Positions 12,439-24,983 of a DNA stretch of 64,000 nt are shown piece by piece. The stretch spans positions 47,371,248-47,435,247 of the forward strand of contig NC_052164.1 of the NCBI RefSeq assembly GCF_902713615.1, in the 5' to 3' direction. A program made the translations under genes and the position numbers. The DNA comes from Scyliorhinus canicula. Taxonomy: Eukaryota. The notes below the pieces were generated by a model. The model saw only the letters and a program-made list of their open reading frames with translations. It was not told the DNA's origin and did no database searches. The stretch's first letter is position 1; every line of letters begins with the position of its first letter.

Positions 12439-13921
12439 GCTGTTGACCTAAAAATGGTTACATTATCATACATACAGCCACTGAATTTGAATGAACCGGT
12501 GTCCGAATATTCAACATGTCTTTTATAAAGCAACATTTGGTGGCTAAAATTTTAATTTTGATCACTTGGAAAAGTTAATTTAAAAAATACAACATTTCCA
12601 AGCTAGGTGAATCTAACATATTACATTCTGACCACTTTAGTTCCATTATTTGTGATAAAAAATGTACGTGTGATGGTGGTGAATGAAATTGAGCTGAGTT
12701 CATGCAGTGGGATATTGAGCTGCATTTGTAATGTGCCATGCTGCAAAAATATAGAATTTGAATTCAGTCTACCCTTTTCTTGCTCTCTGATTGAAATGCT
12801 GAGAAGAGAACAGACTTTTGAAGGAAGATAAAATTGAAGGATCACCTGAACTGCTCTTGCACATCTAGGAATGAATTACTTTGCTGCATTCATAGTCATC
12901 AGATGACTATACTACATTTTGTGGAGAGCCATGGGACAGAGCAGAGAAAGAAAATTAACTTGCAGATCTTCCCTGCTGGCTAGTCTCTTTGGGTTTATTA
13001 GGAGCTGTGAAGTAATAACATTAGCACCGAGTCTGGGCCGCTGATAATTGATTATTCAACATCAAACTATAACTGTTTCCCCAGGCATACGAATAAAAAA
13101 CCTTGTGGATAAATCGAGAAATACAGTTCTGTTTGTGAGAATGAAATAATAATGATCCATATGTTTGTGACTCAGCAATTTTGGGCACTGTGTGACATGG
13201 CTGACGGCCAGCACTACAGCAGAGGATGAATGTTGCAATGGTATGTTCCAGAGCATTAATCTTTACTAAATGGAGACCATGTGAAGTTGGTTTCAGAATG
13301 TAACCTGCCTTGGTTGTCTATCCTTTAGCCCATGCTGAGATGCTGGATTATAGTTCTTGGTATTCCCCTTTGTATAAATGGCTTTGTACAAATGGTATTT
13401 CTTTATCGTGGGGGAATTCAAGGTTTCTTGCATAGTCGTGTCCACTTAGAAAGTTTATGGTTTATAGTAGTATGTTTACCTTTTTCCGGTTGAAAGTGTG
13501 CTGTTTTTATTAATATTTAACATCAAACCATATTAAGGTACTTGGTATGTAAATATATTTCTCTAGGTTACACAACCATTCTGAATTAAGGTGCAGTGCA
13601 AGGTACTTGAGGTGGCTGTGAGAACCTATTTTTATGTAGAAACTAATATATCTACGAGAGTTTATCTCAAAGATTGCATTTTTTGTGATTACAAAGTCGA
13701 GCTTCATTAGGGGCAGTTTTGTGTCACTTGGGATTTGGTTGAGACTGATGCATTTGTTTCACATAGGATCCATACAGCTAATGGGTGCGAGCTATCAGTG
13801 CCGACTGGGCTTGAATTCAGATCCCAGAAATATAAAGTTAACTATAACCCAGCTGTGCTGCCTTGTTTTTTTTCTTCAAGGCATAGGACTATTCTTTGCA
13901 TATTGAAATTAATTCAACACT

Positions 13922-14047
13922 TTTAAAAAATACATTTAGAATACCCAATTATTTTATTTTCCGATTAAGGGGCAATTTAGCATGGCCAATCCACCTAACC
14001 TGGATTTCTTTTGGGTTGTGGGGAGTGAAACCCACGCAGACATGGGG
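13922..14047 (-). mobile_element. Short A-tailed SINE, 5'-truncated, 13-bp TSD
   Basis: TSD ttaattcaacact at 13909-13921 and 14048-14060. Confidence 0.85.
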
Positions 14048-15044
14048 TTAATTCAACACTAATTGCAGGCAGCACCAGGTACATCTAAAAACAGTGAAGA
14101 CCATAGACAGAGGGGCAAAAGTAGGTTATTCGGCCCATTAAGTCTGCTCCGCCATTAAATGAAATCATGGTTGATCTGATCTGATTCTCCACTCCACTTT
14201 TCTGCTGTAGCCCATGGCCATTAATTCGCTTACTGATTTAAAAATAATCTGTCTACCTCCGCCTTGAACATACTTAATGACACAACCTGTACAGTCCTCT
14301 GCAGTAATGAATTCCACAGATTGACTAACGTCAGAGAAAAGAAATTCCTCCTCATCTCTGTCTTAAATGGGTGAACCCTTCCTCTTTGAATACGCCCTCT
14401 GGTCCTGGACTGTCCCACGAGGAAACATCCTCTCAGCATCTACCTTGTCAAGCTCCCTAAGAATTCCATAAGGTTGTCATGATATGCAGACATGCACGTA
14501 ATGATATACAGACATAAAGCTAATGAACACAGAGAACAGGGCACGACCATGACCAGTGAGCTGGCAGGACACTCATGGGTGGTATCTCACTATAAAAGGC
14601 ACGAGGCACTCACACTCCATCTCTTGCCACTGATGGACATCTACAGAGTGAGTCAGAGTGTATTTACGTATCACACCTCCAGCACGTGGCTAAGAGCTAG
14701 TCTGGTTCAGTCAGACAGAGTAACCACATTTAGGTTAGCAGGGAGTCGAACTCATAGAGAACTGTGCTACTGGTTCAATACATCAGATTGAACTAACTTC
14801 AAGGTCTGGAGTATCTTTTGGTTTAAGCTGCATCCAGTTGCAGCCTGTGTTATCCCAGAGTACATAACACAACATGCTACCAGGAAACTGCTTAATCTAG
14901 GGGGTTTACCTCAGTCCGTTCCGTGACGATCAGCGAATGTATCCCGGCACCATGGAGAAGATTCAGGCTCCTTAGCAGCCTTGTGTAGGTATTTACCACC
15001 AGTCAGGCCAGCATTCCCAATTCCGACGACGGCGCGTTCAGAGT

Positions 15045-15620
15045 GTGCAACAACGATTAAAGGATTCTGATCCTGGCAGCACAACGGATCCAGAGGGAGA
15101 ATGCCTGGATTCCGCCTACTGTGTGGGCATCATTACCAAATGTGAATATGCCACATCCAACTCATCACAAATTCAATCCACCCTCGCGGTGGATTCTGCG
15201 GACGAATGGCGTGCGGTGATGCAGGTCAACCACTGCTTCATCCAGTTTAAGCTGGACACAGGTGCTTCTGCCAACCTCCTCTCACAGGCAGATTTCAAAC
15301 ACATCAAGAAACCCCCCAAGGTCCTTCCAGCAGCTTGCAGGCCCCTGGACTACAACGGAAATGCCATCACAGCACTGGGATCCTCCCATCTACTCGTCTC
15401 CAACCGGAGCGCCCATGCACGGTTACGTTTTGAAATTGTCAAGCCAGATTGGGCATCTCTACTTGGCGCGCATGCCTGCAAGTAGCTGAACCTCGTGCAG
15501 CGGGTTTACACAACAACATCCTCCAATGTGGATCTTCAGGCTGGCATTGACGACATCCTCAAACTCAGAAAGTACGACTTTGATTTAGTGTACATGCCTG
15601 GCAAGTACATTGCTGATGTA
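15045..15620 (+). pseudogene. Gypsy protease and pol fragments
   Basis: LDTGA aspartic protease motif in ORF 15045-15485; in-frame stop, then a jump to the RNase H C-terminal motif. Confidence 0.8.
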
Positions 15621-15813
15621 TCTTTTGGTTTAAGCTGCATCCAGTTGCAGCCTGTGTTATCCCAGAGTACATAACACGACATGCTACAGGAGACTGCTTA
15701 ATCTAGGTGGTTTACCTCAGTCCGTTCCATGACGATTTACCTGTGTTATCCCCGGCAGGATAACTGTGCTAACTGTGCTCCTGGTTCATTAAATCAGATT
15801 GAACTAACTTCAA

Positions 15814-16170
15814 TCATAGTTTATCATAGAATTTACAGTGCAGAAGGAGGCCATTCGGCCCATCAAGTCTGCACCTACGCTTGGAAAGAGCATCCTACCC
15901 AAGGTCAACACCTCCACCCTATCCCCATAACCCAGCAACCCCACCCAACACTAAGGGCAATTTTGGACACAGAGGTCAATTTATCATGGCCAATCCACCT
16001 AACCTGCACATCTTTGGACTGTGGGAGGAAACCGGAGCACCCGGAGGAAACCCACGCACGCACAGGGAGGATGTGCAGACTCCGCACAGACAGTGACCCA
16101 AGCCGGAATCGAACCTGGCACCCTGGAGCTGTGAAGCAATTGTGCTATCCACAATGCTACCGTGCTGCCC
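15814..16170 (-). mobile_element. HE1-type SINE inserted in the Gypsy 3' LTR
   Basis: Full length; TSD (c)ttcaa; same subfamily as 51146 and 63330. Confidence 0.92.
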
Positions 16171-17404
16171 TTCAAGGTCTGGAGTATCTTTTGGTTAAAG
16201 CTGCATCCAGTTGCAGCCTGTGTTATCCCAGAGTACATAACACGACAACGGTCACCTCTCATGTTTCTGAACTCCAATTTTAGGGTACGGGCCCAATGTA
16301 TTGAACCTCTCCTCATAAGAAAATCCCTCCATTCTGGGATCAACCGGTGAACCTTCGCTGGACTGCCTCCAATGTATCTGTTCTTAGATAAGGGGGATAT
16401 AACTTTTCCAGGTGTGGTCCAAATAGTGCCTCGTATAATTTTAGCAGGACTTGACTTCCTTATTTTTATATTCCATTCCCTTTGAAATACAGACCAACAT
16501 TCCATTTGACTTCCCAATTACCTGATGAAATTGCGTGCTAGCTTTTTGTGATTTATGCACGTGGATCTCGAAAACTCTTTGCTGTAGTTTTCTGCAGTCT
16601 TTCTCCATTTAAATAATATTCAGCTGCTTTATTCTTGCTATCAAGGGGCATGTTTTCACATTTTCCTGCATTATATTCCGTGTGTCAAGGTTTTACCCAC
16701 TCACCTAACCTGTTTCTGTCCCTCTGCATTCTGTGTGTCATCCTCACCAGTTGAAGAACAATATGTTTTCGAAAAATGAGATTTGATCTGTTGCCATGCA
16801 AATTTGCTGCCTGGAAATTTATATTATGCCTGTTCTACACCGAAAATGGTCAAAATATGCAGTAATTTCTACCCCACTATACACAGATACCTTTTACTAA
16901 AGTATTGTCTGATGTCCTGTGAAGCATCGTGTGCTGTTTGTTATACGATGTTAAAAGTACTTTATAGATGCATGTTATTGTTGATTGTTGCCAAGTGCCA
17001 GGATGTCAGATTAGACTCGTTGTGTAAATTGACACTCCTAATATCGGCATTGCAGAAATAGTTGTCCTCTTTTTTTTTTCCCTGTGGAGAAACAAGTGAC
17101 TTGAGTTGAGGATTTCTCTGCATCGGCACGACCAGGATTAGGCCCGTATGTGATGTGGACCTGAAACTTTACTGATGAATGGGAAGAAAAATTAGCAAAA
17201 CCAATTCCAGTAGCACAGGTGACCTGCTTACACGGTAGATTAAAACCAGACCATGCTGAAGATGAAAGTTAGTGATTAGCAGAAAACACAAATGTTAAAA
17301 AAATCATTGAAAATAATATGGCTAATTTGAAAATCACCAGCCATGATCAATACCTTTTCCTGAACATCTCTGATACCTAGGCTCAATCCACCATCCTATT
17401 CTTG

Positions 17405-17500
17405 CAACCCCAACCTAAGGAGCAATTTAGCATGGCACCCAATCCACCTAACCTGCACATCTCTGAACTGTGGGAGGAACCTGAGCACCCAGAGGAAACC
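17405..17500 (-). mobile_element. HE1-type SINE fragment
   Basis: caatttagcatggc...aatccacctaacctgcacatc...tgtgggagg. Confidence 0.7.
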
Positions 17501-18214
17501 AAAATATCATCTCAATTGGCTCCGGAAGTTTAAGGAGGATACCATCACTGGATTTCTGTAAACTTCCCTGGGGTAAATGTGAGACGGTCAGCCTAAAGCT
17601 TTCAAGCTAGCCCCCTTACATGATGCTTTCTCTCGCTGTACCCATTCCGCTTCTTCCTTGTTCCACCATTGCCGGATCTTCTCTATATTAGCTGCCCAAT
17701 AGTAATATAAAAGATTGGGCAGCGCCAATCCTCCCACCCGCCGATTCCTTTGTAAAAACACGTGACGAATTCATGGAATTTTATTAGCCCAAATAAAATC
17801 AAAAATTATTATAACCATTTTACTGAAAAATATCTTGGATAGAAATATCGGGAGGGATTGAAACACAAATAAAAATGTTGGTAGGATGTTCACTTTGATC
17901 GGTTGTACTCGCCCAGCTAATTAAAGTGGAAGGATATGCCACCTTTTAAAATCTTCTTTTACCTCCCCCACCTGGACTATCAGATTCCATTTATACATTG
18001 TGCCCAGTCATGAGCCACCTGAATACCTCAGTACCTGAACTTCTTATTGGTTAAATGGAAGGGTACTTAAATCTGTTTCTCTCCCTGGGCATTTATTGGA
18101 AATATTTTACTTTTTGGTGTGTTCAATTCATTGCCCGAGTAGGTTCGAACTTTTTTCAATATACTCATAATCTTATCCGTACATTTCAATGGGTTAGATT
18201 TCTACAATAATGAA

Positions 18215-21200
18215 GACTTCCGTTGGCGGCATGAAGTGGAGGTCATACGTTGTGTGGCTCCTGCTAGAGTCTCTGATTTTTGGACTTTTATACCCAGTTT
18301 CATGGATAGTTTGTGGGAAGTCATAAGGAAGACGAGGAGGGTCGAAGTGCCAAACGAAAGGTGCTAGAAATAAGGGAGTGAGTGAAAGTCCGTCAAAGAG
18401 TGAGGCTGAGAGTCCTGTAGCAAGAAAGATAGCAGGGGCTGAGTCGTCGTAGGGCTGCTCCCCTCACGGAGGAAACTCCGACTGATGTGATGTCGGTGGA
18501 ACTTGAGAGGCTGTTTGCCAAGCATATGGAGATGCTTCAGAGGGAGATGATGGCTTGCCTGAAAGAGTGGGTAGAGGACGCGATTGCCCTATTAAAGGCA
18601 GTAGTGATGAAGACATTGGTCGAGGTAAGGGAAGAAAGATAGAAGTTGAAGGGGGTGCAGGAGGCATTTTTGCAGCACAGCAACGTTCACCTCGGTGGGT
18701 GTGAGGAGCTGCGGAGGGTGGTGGAGATCAACAAACGATTCAGCTAAGGTGGAGGACCTGAAGAAGAGGTCACAGAGTTTTGCCCGAGGGGGTGGAGGGC
18801 CTGAGGCCCACCGAGTAATTTGTGAAGATGTTTGCGGAGTTGATGGGGGAGGGGAGGAACCATCCCACTACGACTTGGACAAGGCACATCGGTCACTCAG
18901 GCCAAAGCGTAAAGCGAATGAGCGAGCAAGGGCAGTTATAGTCTGTTTTCACAGCTAACATGTGATCGAGATGGTTTCGAACTGAGCAAGGCAGAGACTA
19001 GATGTGAAGTGGGAAGTCATTGGTGTACGAATGCACCAAGACCTGACGGTAGAGCTGGCGAGAAGGTGGGCGGCCTTTGGACAGGTGAAGGTGGCACTGT
19101 ATGGCAGTGGAGTGAGATTTGGAGTGGTCTGTCGTGCAAAGCTGCGAGTGACTCACAATTCAAGGGATTTTTATTTTGAGACGGTGGAGGCTGCGGAGGC
19201 GTTTGTTAAGGCTGAAGGACTGGGACTGGGATGAGAGTTGGGATTTGAACTTGGTTGGTAGGGATAGGGACAGTGTTTTTCTTATGGAGGGTTTTCTATT
19301 TGATTGAGATTTTGTTTTTCCTGCCTCGTGAATGGAGGTATTTGCTTACAAATGTTTGGGTTTTAGTTTTCTCTTTTCCTTATGGGTGTGGTTCTGTATT
19401 GCTTCCTGGTTTAAGGGAGGTGGGTTTTGGGCATGTGGGGCTGTGTTACTGAGGATGGGGGAGGGGGCTCTGGCAGGGGTCACCGCACTAGCAAACGTAG
19501 GTGGTTAGTGAGCGTGGCGAGGGGCGTGGCCGTGATTGTTGGAGCCTGGTTGAGCAGGTTTTGATGGACCTGGGAGGTGTGAATGGTGGGGGGGGAGGGG
19601 GATCAGTGGATCAATACTGGTGTTTGCAAGAGGAGTGGATGGGGGAGATTCTTGAGGGGGTTGATGTTAAAAAAACAAAATGGGGCTGGTCTGGCCGAAT
19701 GGGCAGAGCCCGGGGTAATGGTGATGGAGGTTAGAAGGGATGGGGAGGGTTGGTGGTGAGAGACTCCTGGTCAGAATGGTAACGTGGAACGTGAGGGGAT
19801 TGGAGGACCGCTGAAACGAGCGGGAGTTTTGTGCACTTAAAAAGCTGACGTGGTGATGCTGCGGGAGAGTCATTTGAGGATGAAGGCTCAGGTGAGGGGC
19901 CTCACGGTAGCATGGTGGTTAGCATCAATGCTTCACAGCTCCAGGGTCCCAGGTTCTATTCCCGGCTGGGTCACTGTCTGTGTGGAGTCTGCACGTCCTC
20001 CCCGTGTGTGCGTGGGTTTCCTCCGGGTGCTCCGGTTTCCTCCCACAGTCCGGGATTAGGTGGATTGGCCATGCTAAATTGCCCGTAGTGTAAGGTTAAT
20101 GGGGGGATTGTTGGGTTACGGGTATGCGGGTTAAGTAGGGTGATCATTGCTCGGCACAACATCGAGGGCTGAAGGGCCTGTTCTGTGCTGTACTGTTCTA
20201 TGTGAATCGTAGGAATGAGTGGTTGAGTCAGATGTTTCATTTGGGGTTTGATAGGGCTCCGGGGTGGGGGGGGGGGGGGGGGGTGGTGATCCTGGTGGGC
20301 AAAAGGGTGAGGTTTCAGATGGAGACGGTGGTGGCTGACCAGGAGAGCGGGTATGTGTTAGTGACGGTGCATTGGAGGGAGATTGGTGGCATTGGTAAGC
20401 ATTTCTGGCCCCAATTACAACGATGCGGAGTTCGTGAAGAGAGCGTTAGGTGCCATCCCAGATCTGGATACCAATGAGCAGATATTAGGGGGGGGGGACT
20501 GGGGCATAGCACTGGAACTAATGGTGGACAGGTCCCAGCCGCACTCGCTGACCCAGTCCGGGGGGGCGGGGGTGGCGTTGGCAGGGCTTTTGGGAGAGAT
20601 GGGAGGAGCAGTCCTGTGTAGATGTTTACACCCAAGGGATCGGGAGTATTTGTTTTTCTCCCCAGCGCACAAGGTGTTTTTGAGCATTGACTTTTTTGTG
20701 GTGGGAAAGGCGCTGTTAGCCAGGGATAAGAAGTTGGAGTACTCTGCAATTGTGATCTCAGAAAACACTCTACATTGGATGTGCTATTGGAGAAGGGGGC
20801 AAGTCATCGGCCGGGGTGGAGAATGGATGTGGGGTTACTGGTGGATTGCAGCTTCTGTGACAGGGAAAGATGATTGAGGAGTATTTGGTTGCACGGGGAG
20901 GTCTCAAGGTTGGTGGTCTGGGGGCCTGTCAAGGCGGTGGCGAGGGGGAAGGTGATTTTGTTTAAGGTTAAGGTGGATAGGAAGGAATGGCAACGACTGA
21001 TTGAAGAGATTTGGGCGGTGGATGGGAGGTAGGCGGGGGAACCCGGACCCAGGTTTCCTGGCTCAGCGGAAGGAGTTGGAGGCAAGGTTTGACCTATTGT
21101 CCAAGGGGAAAGCAGTGCGCCAGTTGAGAAGAGCAAGGGGGCTGTTTAAGAACGGGGAGAAATCGGGGCGCATGTTAGCAGGTCAGCTCCGTAGGGAGGC

Positions 21201-22685
21201 CGCAGCGAGGAAAATAGTTGGGTGCGTGGCAAGAAGGGGGAGTTGGTGGTGGCTCCGGAACAGATTAATAAGGTGTTTGAGGAGTTCTATATGAACCAAC
21301 GCCACTGGAGGAGGAGCGAGAGATGAGGAAGTTTTGTGTGGGCTAGAGTGCCCGAGGTTGGGGGAGGTGGAGGGGGCAGGTTTGGAGGAGCTGGAGGAGG
21401 TGAAGGTGGCGATTGGGAGGATGCAGGCAGAGAGGGCGGGGCCTGACAGGTACCCAGTTACATTTCATAAATGATTTAAGGATAGGCTGTGCTGTTGATG
21501 GGAATGTTTGAGGATGCGATGGACAGGGGTGCCACCACAGACGATTGGACAAGGACCTGGTGGAATGGGGTAATATAGGCCTATATCTCTCTTGAATGTA
21601 GACGGCAAGATATTGAGAAAGGTGTTGGCATTCATGTTGGAGAGGTGCCTTCTGAAGGTGATTGGGGGGGGGGGGGGGGGACCAGGCTGGGTTTGTATAG
21701 GTAAGACAGTTGTCCTTGAATGTTGTGCTTTCTCCGGCAGAGGAAAGGAAGACTGAGGTAGTGGTGACGTTGGATGCGGAGAAGCCATCTGATCGGTTAG
21801 ACTGATGTTAATTGATGGTGGTATTGGAGAAATTTGGGATTGGGCCGAAATATGTGGCGTGGATGCAGCTGCTATACAATAATATAGCGGACAAATAATA
21901 TCAACTCAGGGTATTTTGCTTTGCACTGGGGTACGATGCAGGGATGTCCCCCCTTCTGTTTATTTTGACTATAGAGCCCTTGGCCATTGCGCTGAGGAGC
22001 AGAGGGTTCTGGAAGGGAAATTTGGGCGCGAGGTTTGGGAAGAAGATTTCAGGTGTATGCAGCGAGGAAGATCTTCCCGATAGCGCCTGCCTCCTTGTTG
22101 CCGGAGGATGTGCTGTCAGCAGGGGGTGGGGGGGGGTTTCATCTCAGCGATTTATGGGAGGTTTTTGGGGGAGGGATGTGTTCATGGGATTAAGGCGATT
22201 TGGGAGGAAGAGTTGGGGGTGGTGCTGGAGGAGAGTATGGTGCAAGGTGCTGTGGAAGGTAAACGCCTTGCCTTTGTGCGTGAGGCTGGGGGCTGATACA
22301 GCTGAAGTAGTGTACTGGGCGTACCTTATAAAGCCTAGGCTGAGCCAGCTGTTTGAACTGATGATGTCTATGAGTGATGTGGGAGGGGCCCTGCCAACTA
22401 TGCACATATGTTTTTGTTCTGCCCGAAACTGGAAAGGTTTTGGAGGACGGTGTTCAGCACCATCTCAGGGGTTTTGCATGTGGACGTGGAGCCTGGTCCA
22501 CTAGAAGCCATATTCGGGGTGTTGGACCAGCTGGAAATGCGGGCGGGGGTGGGTGTTGGCAGATGTTTTAGCCTTTGCCTCGCTGATTGCTCGTAGGTGG
22601 GTCTTGCTGGGGTCGAGGTCAGCTTCTCCATCCTGCGCCTTGGCATGGCGAAGGGGGGAACCTGCTGGAGTTTGGACCCTGGAGC
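18215..22685 (+). mobile_element. L1-clade LINE with intact 5' end, decayed ORF1 and ORF2, 3' end missing
   Basis: 5' gacttccgttggcggc; ORF1 remnants HQDLTVELARRWAAF...FETVEAAEAFVKAEGL; EN TWNVRGL, GGGDWG; RT YRPISLLNVD, QGCP; C-terminal MFLFCPKLERFW. Confidence 0.9.
19897..20201 (+). mobile_element. HE1-type SINE inserted in the L1 endonuclease region
   Basis: Young subfamily; gtga flanking repeat. Confidence 0.9.
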
Positions 22686-23515
22686 CCCTGATCTCTCGCA
22701 AAGTCCATCGCTTCTTCAGGCTCGGAGAAGTAGTGGTGTTGACCCTGATGCGTGACCCAGAGACGGGCCGGGAACAGCAGTCCAAACTTCACGTGCTTCT
22801 TGAACAGCACCTCCATGACTTGTTTAAAGGCTGCTCGCCGTCGAGCCACCTCCTGGCTTAGGTCCTGGTATATGCGGAGAACACTGTTGTTCGACGTGCT
22901 GCTCCTGGCGCTCTTCGCCCACCGCAGCACCCGCTCCTTGTCCACGAACCTGATCACCATCGGATGGGGGGGTCCCCCCGGCCGCCCCTGCCTCACCTGC
23001 ACTCTGTATGCCCCCTCCAGCTGCGGTGGTCGCAGAAAGGCTTCAGCCCCCATCAGCTGCATCAACAGGTCTGCTACAAACGCTGCGGCATCAGCTCCCT
23101 CAGCCCCCTCCGGGAGGCCGATGATCCTCAGATTGTTCCTGCGGGCTCTATTCTCCAACTCCTCCACTCTGTCCAGCAATCTTCTTTGCCGCTCCTTCAG
23201 CCCGTCAATTTTTAACGCCGCAATCGTCTGTGCATCCGCCTGCTCCTCCACTGCCTCTCCCAGCTCCTTAACTTTTGCATCTTGAGCATCCAGCCTCTGG
23301 TTCAGCTGATCCACCGCTTTCTGGAGTGGGTCCAAGCTGTCCCGCTTCAGCGACTCAAAACTGCCTTTCATCACCTGGAGCATGTTATCCAGCGCCTGCT
23401 GGATTGCTGAGGTCCATGCGTCCGCCATCTTAAGTTGCAGGTCAGTTTCTCCTGCTCCTTGCTTCTGTCCCTTTCTCTCTCTCTTCCTCTGCTTCCTGGA
23501 CTCCCGCGGTTCCAT
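22619..23515 (-). CDS. L1 ORF1p-like RNA-binding protein (coiled coil, RRM, CTD); open frame of ~298 aa from the ATG at 23515
   Basis: LENRARRNNLRIIGLPEGAE, IYQDLSQEVARRRAAF, FGLLFPARLWV; the last ~20 aa read into the antisense of the neighbouring L1. Confidence 0.8.
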   Translation of the reverse strand: MEPRESRKQRKRERKGQKQGAGETDLQLKMADAWTSAIQQALDNMLQVMKGSFESLKRDSLDPLQKAVDQLNQRLDAQDAKVKELGEAVEEQADAQTIAALKIDGLKERQRRLLDRVEELENRARRNNLRIIGLPEGAEGADAAAFVADLLMQLMGAEAFLRPPQLEGAYRVQVRQGRPGGPPHPMVIRFVDKERVLRWAKSARSSTSNNSVLRIYQDLSQEVARRRAAFKQVMEVLFKKHVKFGLLFPARLWVTHQGQHHYFSEPEEAMDFARDQGLQGPNSSRFPPSPCQGAGWRS

Positions 23516-23665
23516 AGGTTGCAGCCCTCTCTCCAGCACTTTCGTGGCCGCCTTTTTGCCGCTCCGTGGTCCCGCTAACGCGGGGAATCAGCCCCTAAAG
23601 TCCCGCCAGAGTGAGAGCCCGCCGAATGTGCGGCTCACTCGAACATCGCCGCCACCGGAAGTGCC
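22684..23665 (-). mobile_element. L1-clade 5'UTR plus ORF1 (different, younger subfamily); ORF2 absent
   Basis: 5' acttccggtggcggc, CpG-rich leader, open ORF1. Confidence 0.9.
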
Positions 23666-23802
23666 ATAATAACATTTAATAGACGCCTGATATAATTAGG
23701 CAAGTGCCTACCTTTCACAAAACCTGTCTGATCTTCCATTGTCACATCTGGAACACACCCTCCAGCTGTAGTGTTAGAACCTGAGACCAAAGTTTTACGA
23801 AT

Positions 23803-24454
23803 GGAGTTTTGTCCTTCATTGCTAGAGGGCTGAAATTTAAGACTAGGGAAGTTATGCTACAACTGTATATGGTTGTTAGTGAGGCCACACCTCAAGTGTT
23901 GTGTTCAGTTTTGGTCTCCTTACCTGAGAAAGGACGTACTGGCGCTGGAGCATGTGCAGAGGAGATTCACTAGGGTAATCCCGGAATTGAGGGGGTTGGA
24001 TTACGAGGAGAGGTTGATAGACTGAGACTGTACTCGTTGGAATTTAGAAGGATGCAGGGGATCTTATAGAAATATAAAATTATGAAGGGAATACATAGGC
24101 TAGATGCGGGCAGGTTGTTTCCACTGGTGGGTGAAAGCAGAACTAGGGGGCATAGCCTCAAAATAAGGGGAAGCAGATTTAGGACTGAGTTTAGGAGGAA
24201 CTTCTTCACCCAAAGGGTTGTGAATCTATGGAATTCCCTGCCTGGTGAAGCAGTTGAGGCTCCTTAATTAAATGTAAAGACAAAGATAGATTGTTTTTTG
24301 AAGAATAAAGGTATAAAGGGTTATGGTGTTTGGGCGGGAAAGTGGAGCTGAGTCCACAAAAGATCAGCCATGATCTCATTGAATGGCGGAGCAGGCTCGA
24401 AGTGCCAGATGGCCTACTCCTGCTCCTAGTTCTTATATTCTTATTATGTTCTTA
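23803..24454 (+). mobile_element. CR1 3' end inserted in the old L1
   Basis: MKGIHRLDAGRLFPLVGESRTRGHSLKIRG...NLWNSLP; tail ctcctagttcttat... Confidence 0.9.
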
Positions 24455-24983
24455 TCTGTACTTAATGAGGAGATGGGTGTGTATGATTCGCATTCCACGG
24501 CTGAGGAAGCGTGGTCGGTAATTCCCCTTGTGTCAAAGAATCAGAAAACATATTTAAGAGATGTAGGACCAATACTGTTGCAAACCGTTTATTAAAATCA
24601 ATTGGAAATGCACCTGGGAAAGGTGCCTTCCCTGACTGCATTGCGCCAATTGCATTCATCATTTCCTGTAATTTCAGTGGAGCATCCATTTCCTGCCCTG
24701 AGAAACATCTTCTCATTTCATCCCCTTCCCCCCCGGGGTTCAGATTTGTATGATCTCTTCTAAAATTATCCAAATACCTTATATTTGCAGAAGATAGATT
24801 TGCTGGAATTGAAGGAGAACCACAAAATGCAGAAGGAGAAGTTTAAATATCTTCAATTCCAAAATTTGGTGAAAAAGGAGTTGTTCTCCTCAACTACCAG
24901 ATAACAACCTCCTTAATAAATTGCTCTTGCCAGATGAGTTGGGAGATGGGAAAATTACTAACAATTATAGATGGCTAATGGAC

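Larger units (their letters stand above)
14475..16247 (+). mobile_element. Internally deleted, rearranged Gypsy LTR retrotransposon
   Basis: 5' LTR TG..CA 14475-14874 with TATAAAA; protease FKLDTGASANLL; RNase H-end KYDFDLVYMPGK; partial 3' LTR ending 16247; TSD aaggt/acggt. Confidence 0.85.
14098..16750 (-). mobile_element. CR1 3' portion hosting the Gypsy insertion
   Basis: TRG...FKTEMRRNFFS at 14230-14440; sequence resumes at 16248 (gtcacctctc...). Confidence 0.8.

Noticed and set aside
18215-23665. DNA transposon with 15-bp TIRs
   Set aside because: Both ends are L1 5' termini followed by ORF1; no transposase and no TSD.
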